A stretch of DNA of 64,000 bases, from positions 124,001-188,000 of IMG/VR virus record IMGVR_UViG_3300050120_000152; one strand, given 5' to 3'. The translations under genes were made by a program, and so were the position numbers. This document shows, piece by piece, positions 9,084 through 19,725 of this stretch (positions within the stretch are counted from its first letter, which is position 1; every line of letters begins with the position of its first letter). The notes below the pieces were generated by a model, which made no database searches, had not been told where the DNA came from, and saw nothing but the letters and a program-made list of their open reading frames with translations.

Positions 9084-9476
9084 ATGGATCAAATCATACT
9101 ACATACTGGCAATTATTCTAAAATTCCTAGAAATACAAAAATTTTGGGAAGTATTATCTTTACAGAACAGGAAATGTCCGATATCGGTTATCAGTTAGGA
9201 TGTGATGATTACGCAGTAAGTACAGAAGTCTTTACAAATTCTGAACATGTATTTAATGGTCTACGTTTAGCTATTTTAGATGGTAAAATGCCTTTTGATG
9301 GTGTTACTATTGTTAATCATTATGGTTCAGACGAACATTCAATATATTTAAGATTTGATAAATTTGCGAATGTAGTAGGAACTGATAGTTATCATATATT
9401 CAATCAATCCATTGATGATGTGTCTAAAATATTATTGAAACAATCGAATAAACGCAAGCTTGACAAAATGATTTAA
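9084..9476 (+). CDS. stand-alone DUF3696-like protein
   Basis: TNSEHVFNGLRLAI...RFDK...IFNQSIDDV resembles the C-terminus of ABC-type AAA ATPases. Confidence 0.45.
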   Translation: MDQIILHTGNYSKIPRNTKILGSIIFTEQEMSDIGYQLGCDDYAVSTEVFTNSEHVFNGLRLAILDGKMPFDGVTIVNHYGSDEHSIYLRFDKFANVVGTDSYHIFNQSIDDVSKILLKQSNKRKLDKMI

Positions 9477-9661
9477 AGTGGTAATATACATACATCAAAG
9501 CGCAACGTACATGGTAAACATTACATTATTACTTAATATACTCATACCGTTGTTACTGATTGCGCTTAGTTTTTTGTTTGGTTGGACTATATTAGGATTC
9601 ATATTAATAGGTGGACCATTTATCATTTTTGTTTAATGTTACAAGTGTTTTAAATTTTTAT

Positions 9662-9944
9662 GGCTCGTGGCTGATACACTGCAATCATCGGCAGCAAGGC
9701 ATCCCTTAAAGACTTGAGGGGGAGTACGAGAGGTAAGGAAGGTTATTGTCACTGTGATGCAGAAGGATCAAGTTAAGTCTGCGGAGGGGTGGATCGTTAG
9801 TAACAAATGAGCTAGATGGCGACGATCTGTGAGTAAAATCTCACTAGAATATTGACGAAAAGAAGATCACTTTTCCGAGTTCTATGACAGAATAAACCGA
9901 CTTTATAAGTAGTTGGAGCGGTTAGCATCGCTCCCGAGCCACCA
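9662..9944 (+). ncRNA. 283-nt CCA-ended structured RNA
   Basis: GGCTCG/CGAGCC-A-CCA; GAGCG/CGCTC T-arm-like hairpin; at least 5 internal helices. Confidence 0.6.
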
Positions 9945-11335
9945 GTTTTACAGATGAGTAATCAAAGTGGGAAATGTTATTGAGGGTTCGAAACCAAGAT
10001 AACCAAAACTTTGGTGGAAGTTGGTTAGAGGCACGACTGAAACTGTGCAGAGAAATCAATGTCCCTTGGATTCTCTACTATTAAAATCCCTATACAAGCG
10101 TATCAAGGGTGCGGGTGATAATAGACAAACCATTAATTAGGAAAAGTATGTTAGACAAATTAAAATTGTGGAATTACGTATCATTATTGAGCAGTCAATG
10201 TCAATATTATAACAATAAAAATTTCGAAAAGTCGGAATTTTTGCTTAACGTGTTAGATAACTTGTTTAATGTATTTTCTAATGAAGAATTAGATTGGTTA
10301 GCTGATAACGTATTTAATGCTCAAATTGATTGGGAATACCCAATTAAAGCTGCAAGTGTCACTATTGATCTGATCCAGAACATCGACAAGCCTATCATCC
10401 AATATGATAGTATGTCTGGACAATTAAGTCTTGAATATACGTATAAGATAGATAACAAAATATGCTGAATTGATATATTTCATAAAGCTAAAGTAGATAG
10501 GCTGATTAACTATAAAGGCATCCCGTGTGGTAACCACTGTAATTTTATGAAAAGAAATTCGTTATGCTGATGACCCAAAAAGCCCTTTCGGGCTTTTTTA
10601 TTGTCTATTAATGTGTTATACTGACCATCTATTAACTCATCTGGGATGAAGTCATGCAAGTCTTGTTTATTGTACTAATGTTTGTATTGATAATTATTAT
10701 TTCAGCATGTAATTACACCTACAATCCTAATATCGGTGAAGGCATCATGATTCGCTTCATGTCTACACTATGTTTATTGATGTGCAGTCTGTTTTGCTTC
10801 GGATATACTCGGATTACCCCTACCCAGACCACCCAAGAGATTATTAGGGACATTGCTGTATGCAAAGCCGCTACTGTTCCCACACCAACATGTAACAATG
10901 GTTACATTACTATTGAAGTAAAATAATTATGACAACATGTAAAACAAAATGTGAATGCGATGTTTGTAAATATTCCGAGGAAGTAGCAGTTAACCTTGAG
11001 TTTGTTCATGAAGATCATCGTGAATTTTTCGAAGACCTTTATATGCGATATTGTGCAGAAGCTATGGATGCTGATGTTAATATGTGCATTATTGAAGGTT
11101 CATGGCCTACTGCTAATGAATATATCATTTCTGCACGCAAACGCACTGGAATTCCGTTACCAATCATAGAGTAATTTATGCAAGAACATATGCGAGAAAA
11201 TGGATTAAGTCAAGGTTATTACTGTATGCGCTGCGGTGGTGTATGCAATCTATTAGCAACCGGCCATGGCGTCTATCAATGCCAACCCAACCCAGAACTA
11301 GTAGCTAAGCTTAATGAATTAAATAAGGATATTAA

Positions 11336-11566
11336 ATGAAATATTTACTTTTGTGTGGCATCATTGTATTATTGTCTGGTTGTTATCGTCAACCTTTGTA
11401 TGCCATGGCCGATTATACTTTAGTATACGATTACAATGGTTGTGCATTTTTTGTACGTCCAGTACCACATGCATTTTTTCAAAATGATAAAAGTTATGTA
11501 GAGCGCTATTATCCGGGTGATAAAGATGCGTGCGTCAACCATTCACTTAATAAGGATGCGAAATGA
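11336..11566 (+). CDS. lipoprotein
   Basis: Lipobox LLSGC; YDYNGCAFFV motif shared with next gene. Confidence 0.7.
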   Translation: MKYLLLCGIIVLLSGCYRQPLYAMADYTLVYDYNGCAFFVRPVPHAFFQNDKSYVERYYPGDKDACVNHSLNKDAK

Positions 11567-11799
11567 AGAAATTAATTTTACTGTTGCTTATTGTATCAAC
11601 TTTGGTTGGCTGCTCTTATAGAAATATCTATGTTATGTATGACAATAGAGGCTGTGCATTTTCTGTAATCCGTAATACAGCAAGGGATACAAGGGATGAT
11701 ACATGGGATACATCCGGGGGATCAGCTTATCAAGCAACTCTACAGCGTTTGAGTACAGAAGATAAGGCAACTTGCCCACTTTCAAAAGAAGCAAAATAA
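11563..11799 (+). CDS. lipoprotein (paralog of previous gene)
   Basis: Lipobox TLVGC; YDNRGCAFSV. Confidence 0.7.
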   Translation: MKKLILLLLIVSTLVGCSYRNIYVMYDNRGCAFSVIRNTARDTRDDTWDTSGGSAYQATLQRLSTEDKATCPLSKEAK

Positions 11800-11844
11800 A
11801 AGTTTGACAAACTTGTATAAATAGATTATGATATACAATCATTA

Positions 11845-11923
11845 CGGGGTGTAACTCAGTCTGGTCTAGAGTGCGAGGTTTGGAACTTCGAAGCCGCTGG
11901 TTCAAATCCAGCCGTCCCGACCA
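11845..11923 (+). tRNA. trnP: tRNA-Pro(TGG)
   Basis: C1-G72, CGAGG-TTTGGAA-CTTCG, CCA. Confidence 0.93.
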
Positions 11924-11967
11924 ATTTTAATATTCATAGTTTCCCAATCTATGTCTTAGATTCATAT

Positions 11968-12044
11968 CGGAATGTAGCTCAGTTTGGTAGAGCGTACCGT
12001 TCGGGACGGTAAAGTCGCAAGTTCAACTCTTGTCATTCCGACCA
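11968..12044 (+). tRNA. trnP: tRNA-Pro(CGG)
   Basis: TACCG-TTCGGGA-CGGTA, CCA. Confidence 0.93.
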
Positions 12045-12057
12045 TTTTAAATAGTTA

Positions 12058-12131
12058 CAGAGTGTAATATCAATTGGTAGATGGCGAGCTTTGGAAGCTT
12101 GAGGTTGCTGGTTCAAGTCCAGTCACTCTGA
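12058..12131 (+). tRNA. trnP: tRNA-Pro(TGG)
   Basis: CGAGC-TTTGGAA-GCTTG; CCA not encoded. Confidence 0.9.
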
Positions 12132-12225
12132 CATTAAATAAAGCGCCCAATGGGCGCTTTATTTTTGTTTTAATAGTTCATATCTAATGATTCTGACATA
12201 AATACATAGAATAAAGAAATTATCT

Positions 12226-12845
12226 ATGTATATTGTATATAAAACAACAAACATCACCAATAAAAAATTTTATATTGGTGTACACAAAACCTCAAATTTA
12301 GATGATGGATATATTGGCTCAGGTAAGATTTTAAAGCGTGCTATAAAAAATATGGAATACAAAACTTTTATAGACAGATACTTTTCATTTTTGATAATTC
12401 CAATGACGCGTTTTCAAAAGAATTGGAATTAGTAAATGAAACTATGTTACTTGATCCTCTGTGCTATAATTTAAAAATTGGCGGTGAAGGTGGCTTCGAT
12501 TTGATCAATCGAAAAGGTCTTGCAGTTCAACATATTACAAAAGAGAATCAGGCTGAAATATATAAAAAAGCCAAAGCAGTTATACAATATAAATTAAAAA
12601 ACGATGATGATTATAGAAAAAAATGGTCAAACAATTCTAAACAAAAAATGCTAGGTAACCAGAATTGGTTAGGTAAAGAACATTCTGAAGAAACTAAACA
12701 GAAAATGAAAATTAGTCACAAAGGTCAACATAATGGCACCAAAAATTCACAATATGGTACAATGTGGATAACAAATGGATTGATTAATAAGAAAATTGAT
12801 AAAACTGCTGATATACCCGATGGATTTATAAAAGGCCGAGTCTGA
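12226..12845 (+). pseudogene. Seg-like GIY-YIG endonuclease with a 1-nt frameshift
   Basis: Paralog of 2681-3325; adding one A to the A6 run at 12345-12350 restores AIKKYGIQNFYRQILFIFD and joins both track ORFs. Confidence 0.8.
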
Positions 12846-13572
12846 AATATATTGACACCATGCTATAACATGTTATACTTCTCTACGGTTGATGGCAGTC
12901 TGATGAAAGCAGGAATCGAATGAATTTGGATAGATTCCGGTGTTGAATGACTATAGGGTAGTCCAAGACCTTGTATAGCCAGAATCCCCCTGTTGGGGTA
13001 CACAAATTGGTAATGAAAGGTTAGCGCCAGACAAAATCCAATTCATCAAACCTTACTAATTTAGGATTTATTATGAATGATAATTTGAATGATAGGGTAA
13101 GAACCATTCTTATCGAAGAATATAATATTGAAATTGGAGCCTTGGATATCTTTCCCGGCACCAACCCTGACGCAACTCCCGAAGATGTTGCGAAGGAAAT
13201 TATAAAAGCAATGGAAAGCATTGCAGCAGGCGACTGTGAAGAGTTTGACTTCAGTGATGAAGATAAAGCAGAATATAAATCATTTTTCTTGCATGGTGAT
13301 ATGTTACCATTGCAAACTGAAATTGGAACGGTATAGCACTCATAGTAAAGAGTAGCGCAGGATTCAGCGTAATAAATCGGGATTGCCATGTTATGGTGGA
13401 CGAAAGTAAACCAACCCTTTGAATTTTCCAACTATTTTTAATGGATAGTAGCAATGAAATTATTTGAAATTCTACTTTTAATTGGTATCATAGTTGTCAT
13501 TGTACGTATTTGTGTGTTAAAATACCGTAAGTACCTCAATAGTAATAACGATGATATCAAATAGGATTAATC

Positions 13573-13950
13573 ATGACACAATATATTCTTAAAACATTAG
13601 ATGAGGATTACTATTCATCTTGGACTTACCAAGGATTTGTAAGTCATTTAACCCCTGAAACTATTGTGAAAATGATTAAAGAACGTATTGTCAATCTTAA
13701 AGATATAGATACCAAGATCACTGAAGTATCGAATGATAATTATAATAACTTTCCTGATGCCATTTATGATAATGATTTGCCTGACGGCACATTAAATGAA
13801 GTTAATCAGTTATGCGAGACACGCACCGTAATGAGTTGGATGGAATTTGGATCAAAAACATATATTCGGGTTGATACGGGAATAATGGATCATACTATTG
13901 AAATATTGGCTCTTTCTGATTATTTTGCTTCTATTTGCAAGGTACCATAA
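13573..13950 (+). CDS. hypothetical protein
   Basis: ORF with AGGA RBS; distantly similar to 13935-14348. Confidence 0.6.
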   Translation: MTQYILKTLDEDYYSSWTYQGFVSHLTPETIVKMIKERIVNLKDIDTKITEVSNDNYNNFPDAIYDNDLPDGTLNEVNQLCETRTVMSWMEFGSKTYIRVDTGIMDHTIEILALSDYFASICKVP

Positions 13951-14363
13951 GTATGACTATGTATGTTTTGAGTGTGATGGGAAATGATTATTATGCCACT
14001 TGCGATTATCATACATTTGCGTGCGAGTTATCTAAAGATGAAGTCTTAGATGTTATCAAAGCTCAGATAGTAATCCTTAAAAAATTTGAAGATGAGAATT
14101 ATCCTGAGCTACCAAACTATATCAATTTCAGTAAAGATGGTTGTCTTGACCAGACCGCGTGGAAAACTGCCAAGGACGTGTCTCATGATAAAATATTGCA
14201 ATATCAAAGATTACAACCACAATTTGCTGAAGCCCATTTAGGTAATTACGTTTTTCGTGTGAATACATATTATCTTGAAGACAATATTATTGAGTTATTC
14301 ACCTTGAATGAATGGTTCATCCAGCAATCATTACAATTACAATCATGATAGAGATTATTATAC

Positions 14364-15542
14364 ATGGCTAATATGTTTATTCCATCCAAGATTCGTGTAG
14401 GTTTCCAGAATCGTTCTGATACATTTACAGGCAAATTAGCCTACGTCATTTATTATGATGAAAAAGGTAAAATTCGCAAAGAAACATCATGGAAATCATG
14501 GTGCGATTCTAAAATTGAAGTTCTTGAATTGGACAATGCTCCCCACAATAATTATGTATTCAACAAGGGTGTTAAGCGCGATGGGCATTGGGGGTCGGGT
14601 CGATCTGTGATCCGTGTCCACGATCCGCGAAATTTTGAATTTGAAATTAGTGTGGATAATCTTATTGGATTGCTTATGCATTCTGATGTGTCCAAGCGTG
14701 ATATTGTTGAAGAATGCGTGTTTGCATGGCTTGGTGCCGAATTGATTTTACTTCCTGTAAATTCTGAAGAATATCAGAAGTCTGTAGATTATACAGATAA
14801 GCAATCTCAGAAAATTTCAGCTAAGGAATTAGTTGCTGGTCATACTTATTCCATGAAAAAGAATGACACTCATTTGACTTATCTTGGTTATTATCCATGG
14901 TACGATTATGGGTATAATCGAATTAATGATAATTATCAGTATGGACAAGCTGCTAAGGGAAAGAAACATGTGTTTCACGATGGGGAGCAATTCGTTGTGC
15001 CATCACCATCCACATTAGCATCTGTAATTTCATCTGAAGTTAATCCAGAAACATATGCTACTCTTGTTGATAAGTTCCATAAATCCAAGCATGCTTATCG
15101 TTATATTGAATTAATTCTTGGTAAATCTGCACTAAAACATGATGCTTCCGCATCATATAGAAATATTAATGGATATAAATCTACAACGAAAGTCGGCGAA
15201 TATTGTCATGTGAATGTTATTCAATACGGTAATGGTATGAATGGTATGAATGGTGTTAAGTTTGCTTATTTTGATGTGGTCAAAATTAAAGACCAGATTA
15301 CCATCATTCCCGTAACAAACAAGGGTGGAGTAACCTATAATTCATTTAGTTATGGTTACAATCGCGCCCTAGCTCATACCGAAGAATATTCAGAATTGGC
15401 AAGATATCTGAATGAAATTCAACCAGATGGGGCCAAAACAGCAAAAATTGATATTATCATACAGGCATTGACTGCATTAGGATATGTTGGTAACATGAGT
15501 TTCATCACCGAAAAGGGCAACCATGTGCCCTGTCAACCATAA
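14364..15542 (+). CDS. hypothetical phage protein
   Basis: 392 aa uninterrupted ORF; no function recognised. Confidence 0.75.
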   Translation: MANMFIPSKIRVGFQNRSDTFTGKLAYVIYYDEKGKIRKETSWKSWCDSKIEVLELDNAPHNNYVFNKGVKRDGHWGSGRSVIRVHDPRNFEFEISVDNLIGLLMHSDVSKRDIVEECVFAWLGAELILLPVNSEEYQKSVDYTDKQSQKISAKELVAGHTYSMKKNDTHLTYLGYYPWYDYGYNRINDNYQYGQAAKGKKHVFHDGEQFVVPSPSTLASVISSEVNPETYATLVDKFHKSKHAYRYIELILGKSALKHDASASYRNINGYKSTTKVGEYCHVNVIQYGNGMNGMNGVKFAYFDVVKIKDQITIIPVTNKGGVTYNSFSYGYNRALAHTEEYSELARYLNEIQPDGAKTAKIDIIIQALTALGYVGNMSFITEKGNHVPCQP

Positions 15543-15553
15543 TAGGAATTAAC

Positions 15554-16003
15554 ATGACAAAGAATAAAGAAAGTATTGACGATCAGATTAGTGAAATGTT
15601 TATTGTTCTTGGACAGCAGAAAGAAGCTGTCGAACGCAGTAAACGCGAGATTAACCGTGGATGGGTTACCAACGGCTCATTGCAGATTACGGGTCTTCAA
15701 CCTATTAACATTTTGACCGCAAGTGAGGAAACATTAGTATTTGCAGTAGCCCAAATTCTTATGCAGGAATCATTTGCCATAATGGCAGCTGAAGAATTGG
15801 GGTTGAAGCATAATCATAAGATTAGTGGTTATAATCATTCGGCATGGATTGAAGATTGTAAGAAACGTATTGCATCTATCCAAATCATCGGACAGAAAGC
15901 TAAGCTTGCCGCATTGGAAGCACGTTTGAACTCAATTATCTCACCAGAACAGCGTCGTGAATTGGAATTGAATGCTATCCGTAAGGAACTTGGTGACGCT
16001 TGA
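15554..16003 (+). CDS. hypothetical coiled-coil protein
   Basis: 149 aa; AGGA RBS; co-transcribed with upstream gene. Confidence 0.7.
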   Translation: MTKNKESIDDQISEMFIVLGQQKEAVERSKREINRGWVTNGSLQITGLQPINILTASEETLVFAVAQILMQESFAIMAAEELGLKHNHKISGYNHSAWIEDCKKRIASIQIIGQKAKLAALEARLNSIISPEQRRELELNAIRKELGDA

Positions 16004-16367
16004 CAAATAAAGATACCATGATAAGATGGCATCTCTTTCAAAACTGGAAACGAAAATGTCAACGACCATTGTAATTTACGATACATTGGGTGAAAATCCA
16101 CTACGGTTTATTGTTGTTGATCGTGATGTAAGTCACCTGAATAACAAATATGTGAATACCATTGATATTTCTGAAAGCGAAACTGATGAAATCAATGAAA
16201 TTTTGTTTTATCCTGAAGGACATGAACGTGCTTGGGATTATCGAGATGGTATTTTTCATGATACTTTTCCATACCATGAAATGCATGTCGAGACAACAAA
16301 GGTAATTACTTTCGGATTTCCGCCTTAATCATTGACAACTGTATAAGATTAATGTAGTATAGATTTA

Positions 16368-16500
16368 CTGTCGGGAGACAGCGAAGAGTAAACGGCAGTG
16401 GAGTGCGCTGCGACGTGGATTTGATTGTTCATGCACATCCAATAGTTACGTTTCGACGTACACATTGGACAGGAACATATACAGGAATGTAGACTGTTCG
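16368..16500 (+). ncRNA. candidate structured RNA
   Basis: CTGTC-GGGA-GACAG, GCAG/CTGC and TACGT-TTCG-ACGTA hairpins between a promoter and the terminator near 16560. Confidence 0.4.
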
Positions 16501-16690
16501 GATGATAAAGATACTTTATTAGGATATGGTTATCATCAAAAATAAATCCTTCTTTATTTAAAAACCTACCTTTTTGGTAGGTTTTTTATTTTAAAAGATG
16601 CATTATTATTGATCTAGATCAATGAATTTATTTTTAAATTGTTCTATAATAGTATGTGATATATCACACATTATAACAAAAGGAAAAATA

Positions 16691-18568
16691 ATGCTAAACG
16701 ATTATGAAACATATATCCATTTATCAAGATACTCTAAATGGATAGAATCAGAGAATAGAAGAGAAAATTATGAAGAAACAATAGAACGATATATTACATT
16801 TTTTAAAAATAGATTTGATATATTTCCAGATAATGATATTCGAATAGCATTATTGAAAAAAGAAATCATGCCATCTATGCGAACATTGAGAAGCGCAGGA
16901 AAAGCTCTGGAAAGAGATGAAGTTGCCGGATATAATTGTTCTTATTTACCTATTGATGATCTACGTGCTTTTGATGAGTTGATGTATATTCTTATGTGTG
17001 GAACTGGTGTTGGATTTTCTGTAGAAGAAAAATATATTAATAAATTAGATATTATTAATATTGAAGTACAAAATGAGGGTACGAACATTGTTGTCCCAGA
17101 TTCTAAAATTGGATGGGCAACATCTTTTAGACAATTATTGTGCTTGCTGTATGCAGGTATTACTCCAACTATTGATTACAGTAGAATAAGAAAATCTGGA
17201 GAAAAATTAAAAACTTTTGGTGGCACTGCATCTGGCCCTGATCCATTAAAAGATTTGTTTAATTTTTGCATATTATTGATAAGAAATGCTGCTGGTAGAA
17301 GACTTAAAAGTATTGAAGTTCATGATATAATCAATAAAATAGCAGAAATAGTTATTGTTGGTGGTGTTAGACGAAGTGCCTTAATTTCGTTATCTGATAT
17401 TGATGATATTGAATTAAGAGAGGCAAAATCTGGTATGTGGTGGAAAGAAAATCCGCATCGCGCGTTATCAAATAATTCTGCAGTCTATGAAACCAAACCT
17501 GATATTGATACTTTTAAAAGGGAATGGAAAGCATTATATGAATCAAAATCAGGTGAACGTGGAATATTCAATCGTTTCTCATTAAAAGAAAAAATGAAAA
17601 AACATGGTAGGAGAGATTATTCTTATGATTTTGGAACAAATCCATGCGGTGAAATAGGTTTACGACCCAATAGCTTTTGTAATTTAAGTGAGGTTGTTGT
17701 TAGAGATTACGATGATTTAACTTCCTTGAAGAAAAAAGTGGAATTGGCTACCATTTTGGGAACATTTCAATCAACTCTTACTAATTTTAGATATTTAAGA
17801 CCAATTTGGAAAATAAATGGGGAAGATGAACGCTTATTGGGTGTTTCATTAACCGGAATAATGGATAACAGATTATTATCTGGTAAAGAAAATCTAGCAT
17901 TGACAGCATATATTTTAAATGAATTAAGAGAACATTCTATAGCAATTAACCAGAAATGGGCTAAAAAATTAGGAATAAATTGTTCCATGGCAATTGGAAC
18001 TGTAAAACCGAGTGGTACTGTATCACAATTAGTAAATTCTTCTTCAGGAATTCATCCTCGATATAGTAATTATTATATACGAACAGTTAGAAGCAGTATA
18101 AATGATCCATTATCACAGTTTCTTATAAGTCAAGGCGTGCCTAATGAATTGGATAATATGAAACCTAATGATACTATTATTTTTAAATTTCCAATAAAAT
18201 CTCCAACAAATTCTATTTTTCGAAATGATATGGGAGCTATTGAACAATTAGATCATTATATAGTAGTCCGGGACTCATGGTGCGAGCATAATCCATCAAT
18301 TACCGTATATGTTAAAGAAGAAGAATGGGATGTGGTAGGCGAATATGTTTATAATAATTTCGATAAGATAGGGGGAGTAAGTTTTCTTCCTTATAGTGAT
18401 CATATCTATGAACAAGCACCTTATCAAGAAATTGATGAAGATACGTTTAATGTGTTACTAAATGAATTCCCTAAAATCGACTGGAGCAAATTGACAGATT
18501 ATGATATTGATGATACAATTACTTCAAATCAAGAATTAGCCTGTGTTGCAGGGGGGTGTGACTTTTAA
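16691..18568 (+). CDS. nrdJ: class II (B12-dependent) ribonucleoside-triphosphate reductase
   Basis: GTNPCGEI active site, GGVRRSALISLS, TVKPSGTVSQL, C-terminal CVAGGCDF; start chosen by AAGGA RBS. Confidence 0.95.
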   Translation: MLNDYETYIHLSRYSKWIESENRRENYEETIERYITFFKNRFDIFPDNDIRIALLKKEIMPSMRTLRSAGKALERDEVAGYNCSYLPIDDLRAFDELMYILMCGTGVGFSVEEKYINKLDIINIEVQNEGTNIVVPDSKIGWATSFRQLLCLLYAGITPTIDYSRIRKSGEKLKTFGGTASGPDPLKDLFNFCILLIRNAAGRRLKSIEVHDIINKIAEIVIVGGVRRSALISLSDIDDIELREAKSGMWWKENPHRALSNNSAVYETKPDIDTFKREWKALYESKSGERGIFNRFSLKEKMKKHGRRDYSYDFGTNPCGEIGLRPNSFCNLSEVVVRDYDDLTSLKKKVELATILGTFQSTLTNFRYLRPIWKINGEDERLLGVSLTGIMDNRLLSGKENLALTAYILNELREHSIAINQKWAKKLGINCSMAIGTVKPSGTVSQLVNSSSGIHPRYSNYYIRTVRSSINDPLSQFLISQGVPNELDNMKPNDTIIFKFPIKSPTNSIFRNDMGAIEQLDHYIVVRDSWCEHNPSITVYVKEEEWDVVGEYVYNNFDKIGGVSFLPYSDHIYEQAPYQEIDEDTFNVLLNEFPKIDWSKLTDYDIDDTITSNQELACVAGGCDF

Positions 18569-19059
18569 TTATCATATTATTAAAATATAAAAAGTTTGTA
18601 CACGGTTTTATATAAATTTATTAATTGCAAGTACATGATTATTAAAATATAAAAAAGGTTGACATAAAATATTTTCATGTTAGTATAAATACTCTAACAC
18701 GTTCTCCATATACCAGTATGCAAAAAAGAAAAGCGTTCTCACTTTCAATGAGAATTTGTGCCGGGGCAGGGCCGGTCTGGTATACCAATTAAGGTTTACA
18801 ACGCTTCAAGTCCAGCGTGCAGTGTCACGGGATTGAAGAAGGTCGAGGAACCAAGAATTTTGAGTCAAAGAGACTCTATTCATCACATCATAAACAATAA
18901 TGCGGCAATATCCTCTATTTGTAATCAGACTATGCGTTTCTCCTTGAATTGTGTTTCCAGCTGACCAAATACGGTATTCGGTATTGACTCTTACAGGAGT
19001 TTGAGTTAATATCGCTATGAAGTAGAACATACGGTTGGTTAAATCTACAAAAGTTAAGG

Positions 19060-19092
19060 CCAGTCTAAGGTTAAACTTAGACTGGCTTTTTT
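19060..19092 (+). terminator. intrinsic terminator
   Basis: GCCAGTCTAAG-GTTAAA-CTTAGACTGGC-T7. Confidence 0.85.
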
Positions 19093-19122
19093 TATTTACA
19101 CCACAAAAACTTAAAACTGAGG

Positions 19123-19725
19123 ATGAGAACGATGAGACAATACACCGCCGCAATCGTTGCAATCTGCTTACTAATAAGTAGTTGTAGCGCAGAAAAGATA
19201 AAACCCGTGTTGGAACCAATGATTCCAACTACTACAATAACAGTAGTGCAAGACTTACATATCGAGCCTGTAAAAATTCAGTCGATAAGAGTAGCAATAG
19301 CCACCCCACAGGATACCAATTGTTTGGCTAAGGTAATCTATTATGAAGCTAGAGGCGAACCTTTGGCTGGGCAGATTGGCGTAGGATATGTAGTCCTTAA
19401 TAGAACAAAAGACAGCTACTACCCTAATACTGTATGTGGCGTAGTCAAACAAATTACCATAATCAAGCATAAAAAATTCTGTCAGTTCTCATGGTATTGC
19501 AAAGGGGGCGATTCTAAATTGAATACTATCATTGATAACATAAGTTACGCTTTTTGTTATGTAACTGCTGAAGCTATATTAACGGGTATGGTTGACAACC
19601 CCATCGGTAATGCCGTATCATTCCACATACGCCAGATCAATACTGGTTGGGCCAATCATGGCATGAAACTTACGGCCACAATTGGAAATCATAAATTTTA
19701 TGAGAGAAAGCATTCTAATGGATAA
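19123..19725 (+). CDS. SleB-like cell wall hydrolase
   Basis: CLAKVIYYEARGE..V.YVVLNR, CQFSW, IGNHKFY. Confidence 0.9.
   Translation: MRTMRQYTAAIVAICLLISSCSAEKIKPVLEPMIPTTTITVVQDLHIEPVKIQSIRVAIATPQDTNCLAKVIYYEARGEPLAGQIGVGYVVLNRTKDSYYPNTVCGVVKQITIIKHKKFCQFSWYCKGGDSKLNTIIDNISYAFCYVTAEAILTGMVDNPIGNAVSFHIRQINTGWANHGMKLTATIGNHKFYERKHSNG

Noticed and set aside
9690-9910. RNase P RNA-like words (AAGGAAGG, CTAGAATATTGAC, GACAGAA...CTTTA)
   Set aside because: The P4 pseudoknot (AAG-U-CCGGG/CCCGGCUU) cannot be formed; these segments pair better as an ordinary helix.
12895-13020. CTGATGA hammerhead core (also about 58606)
   Set aside because: No GAAA after a stem II; at 58606 the word lies inside a hairpin loop.
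16368-16520. Cobalamin riboswitch upstream of nrdJ
   Set aside because: B12-box motifs are absent and a terminator near 16560-16590 separates it from the gene.
18575-18660. AT-rich direct repeat ATTATTAAAATATAAAAA x2 as a replication origin
   Set aside because: Only two low-complexity copies next to a promoter; insufficient evidence.
18758-19092. GGGGC start suggesting tmRNA
   Set aside because: No matching T arm or CCACCA end and no AA-terminated tag frame.
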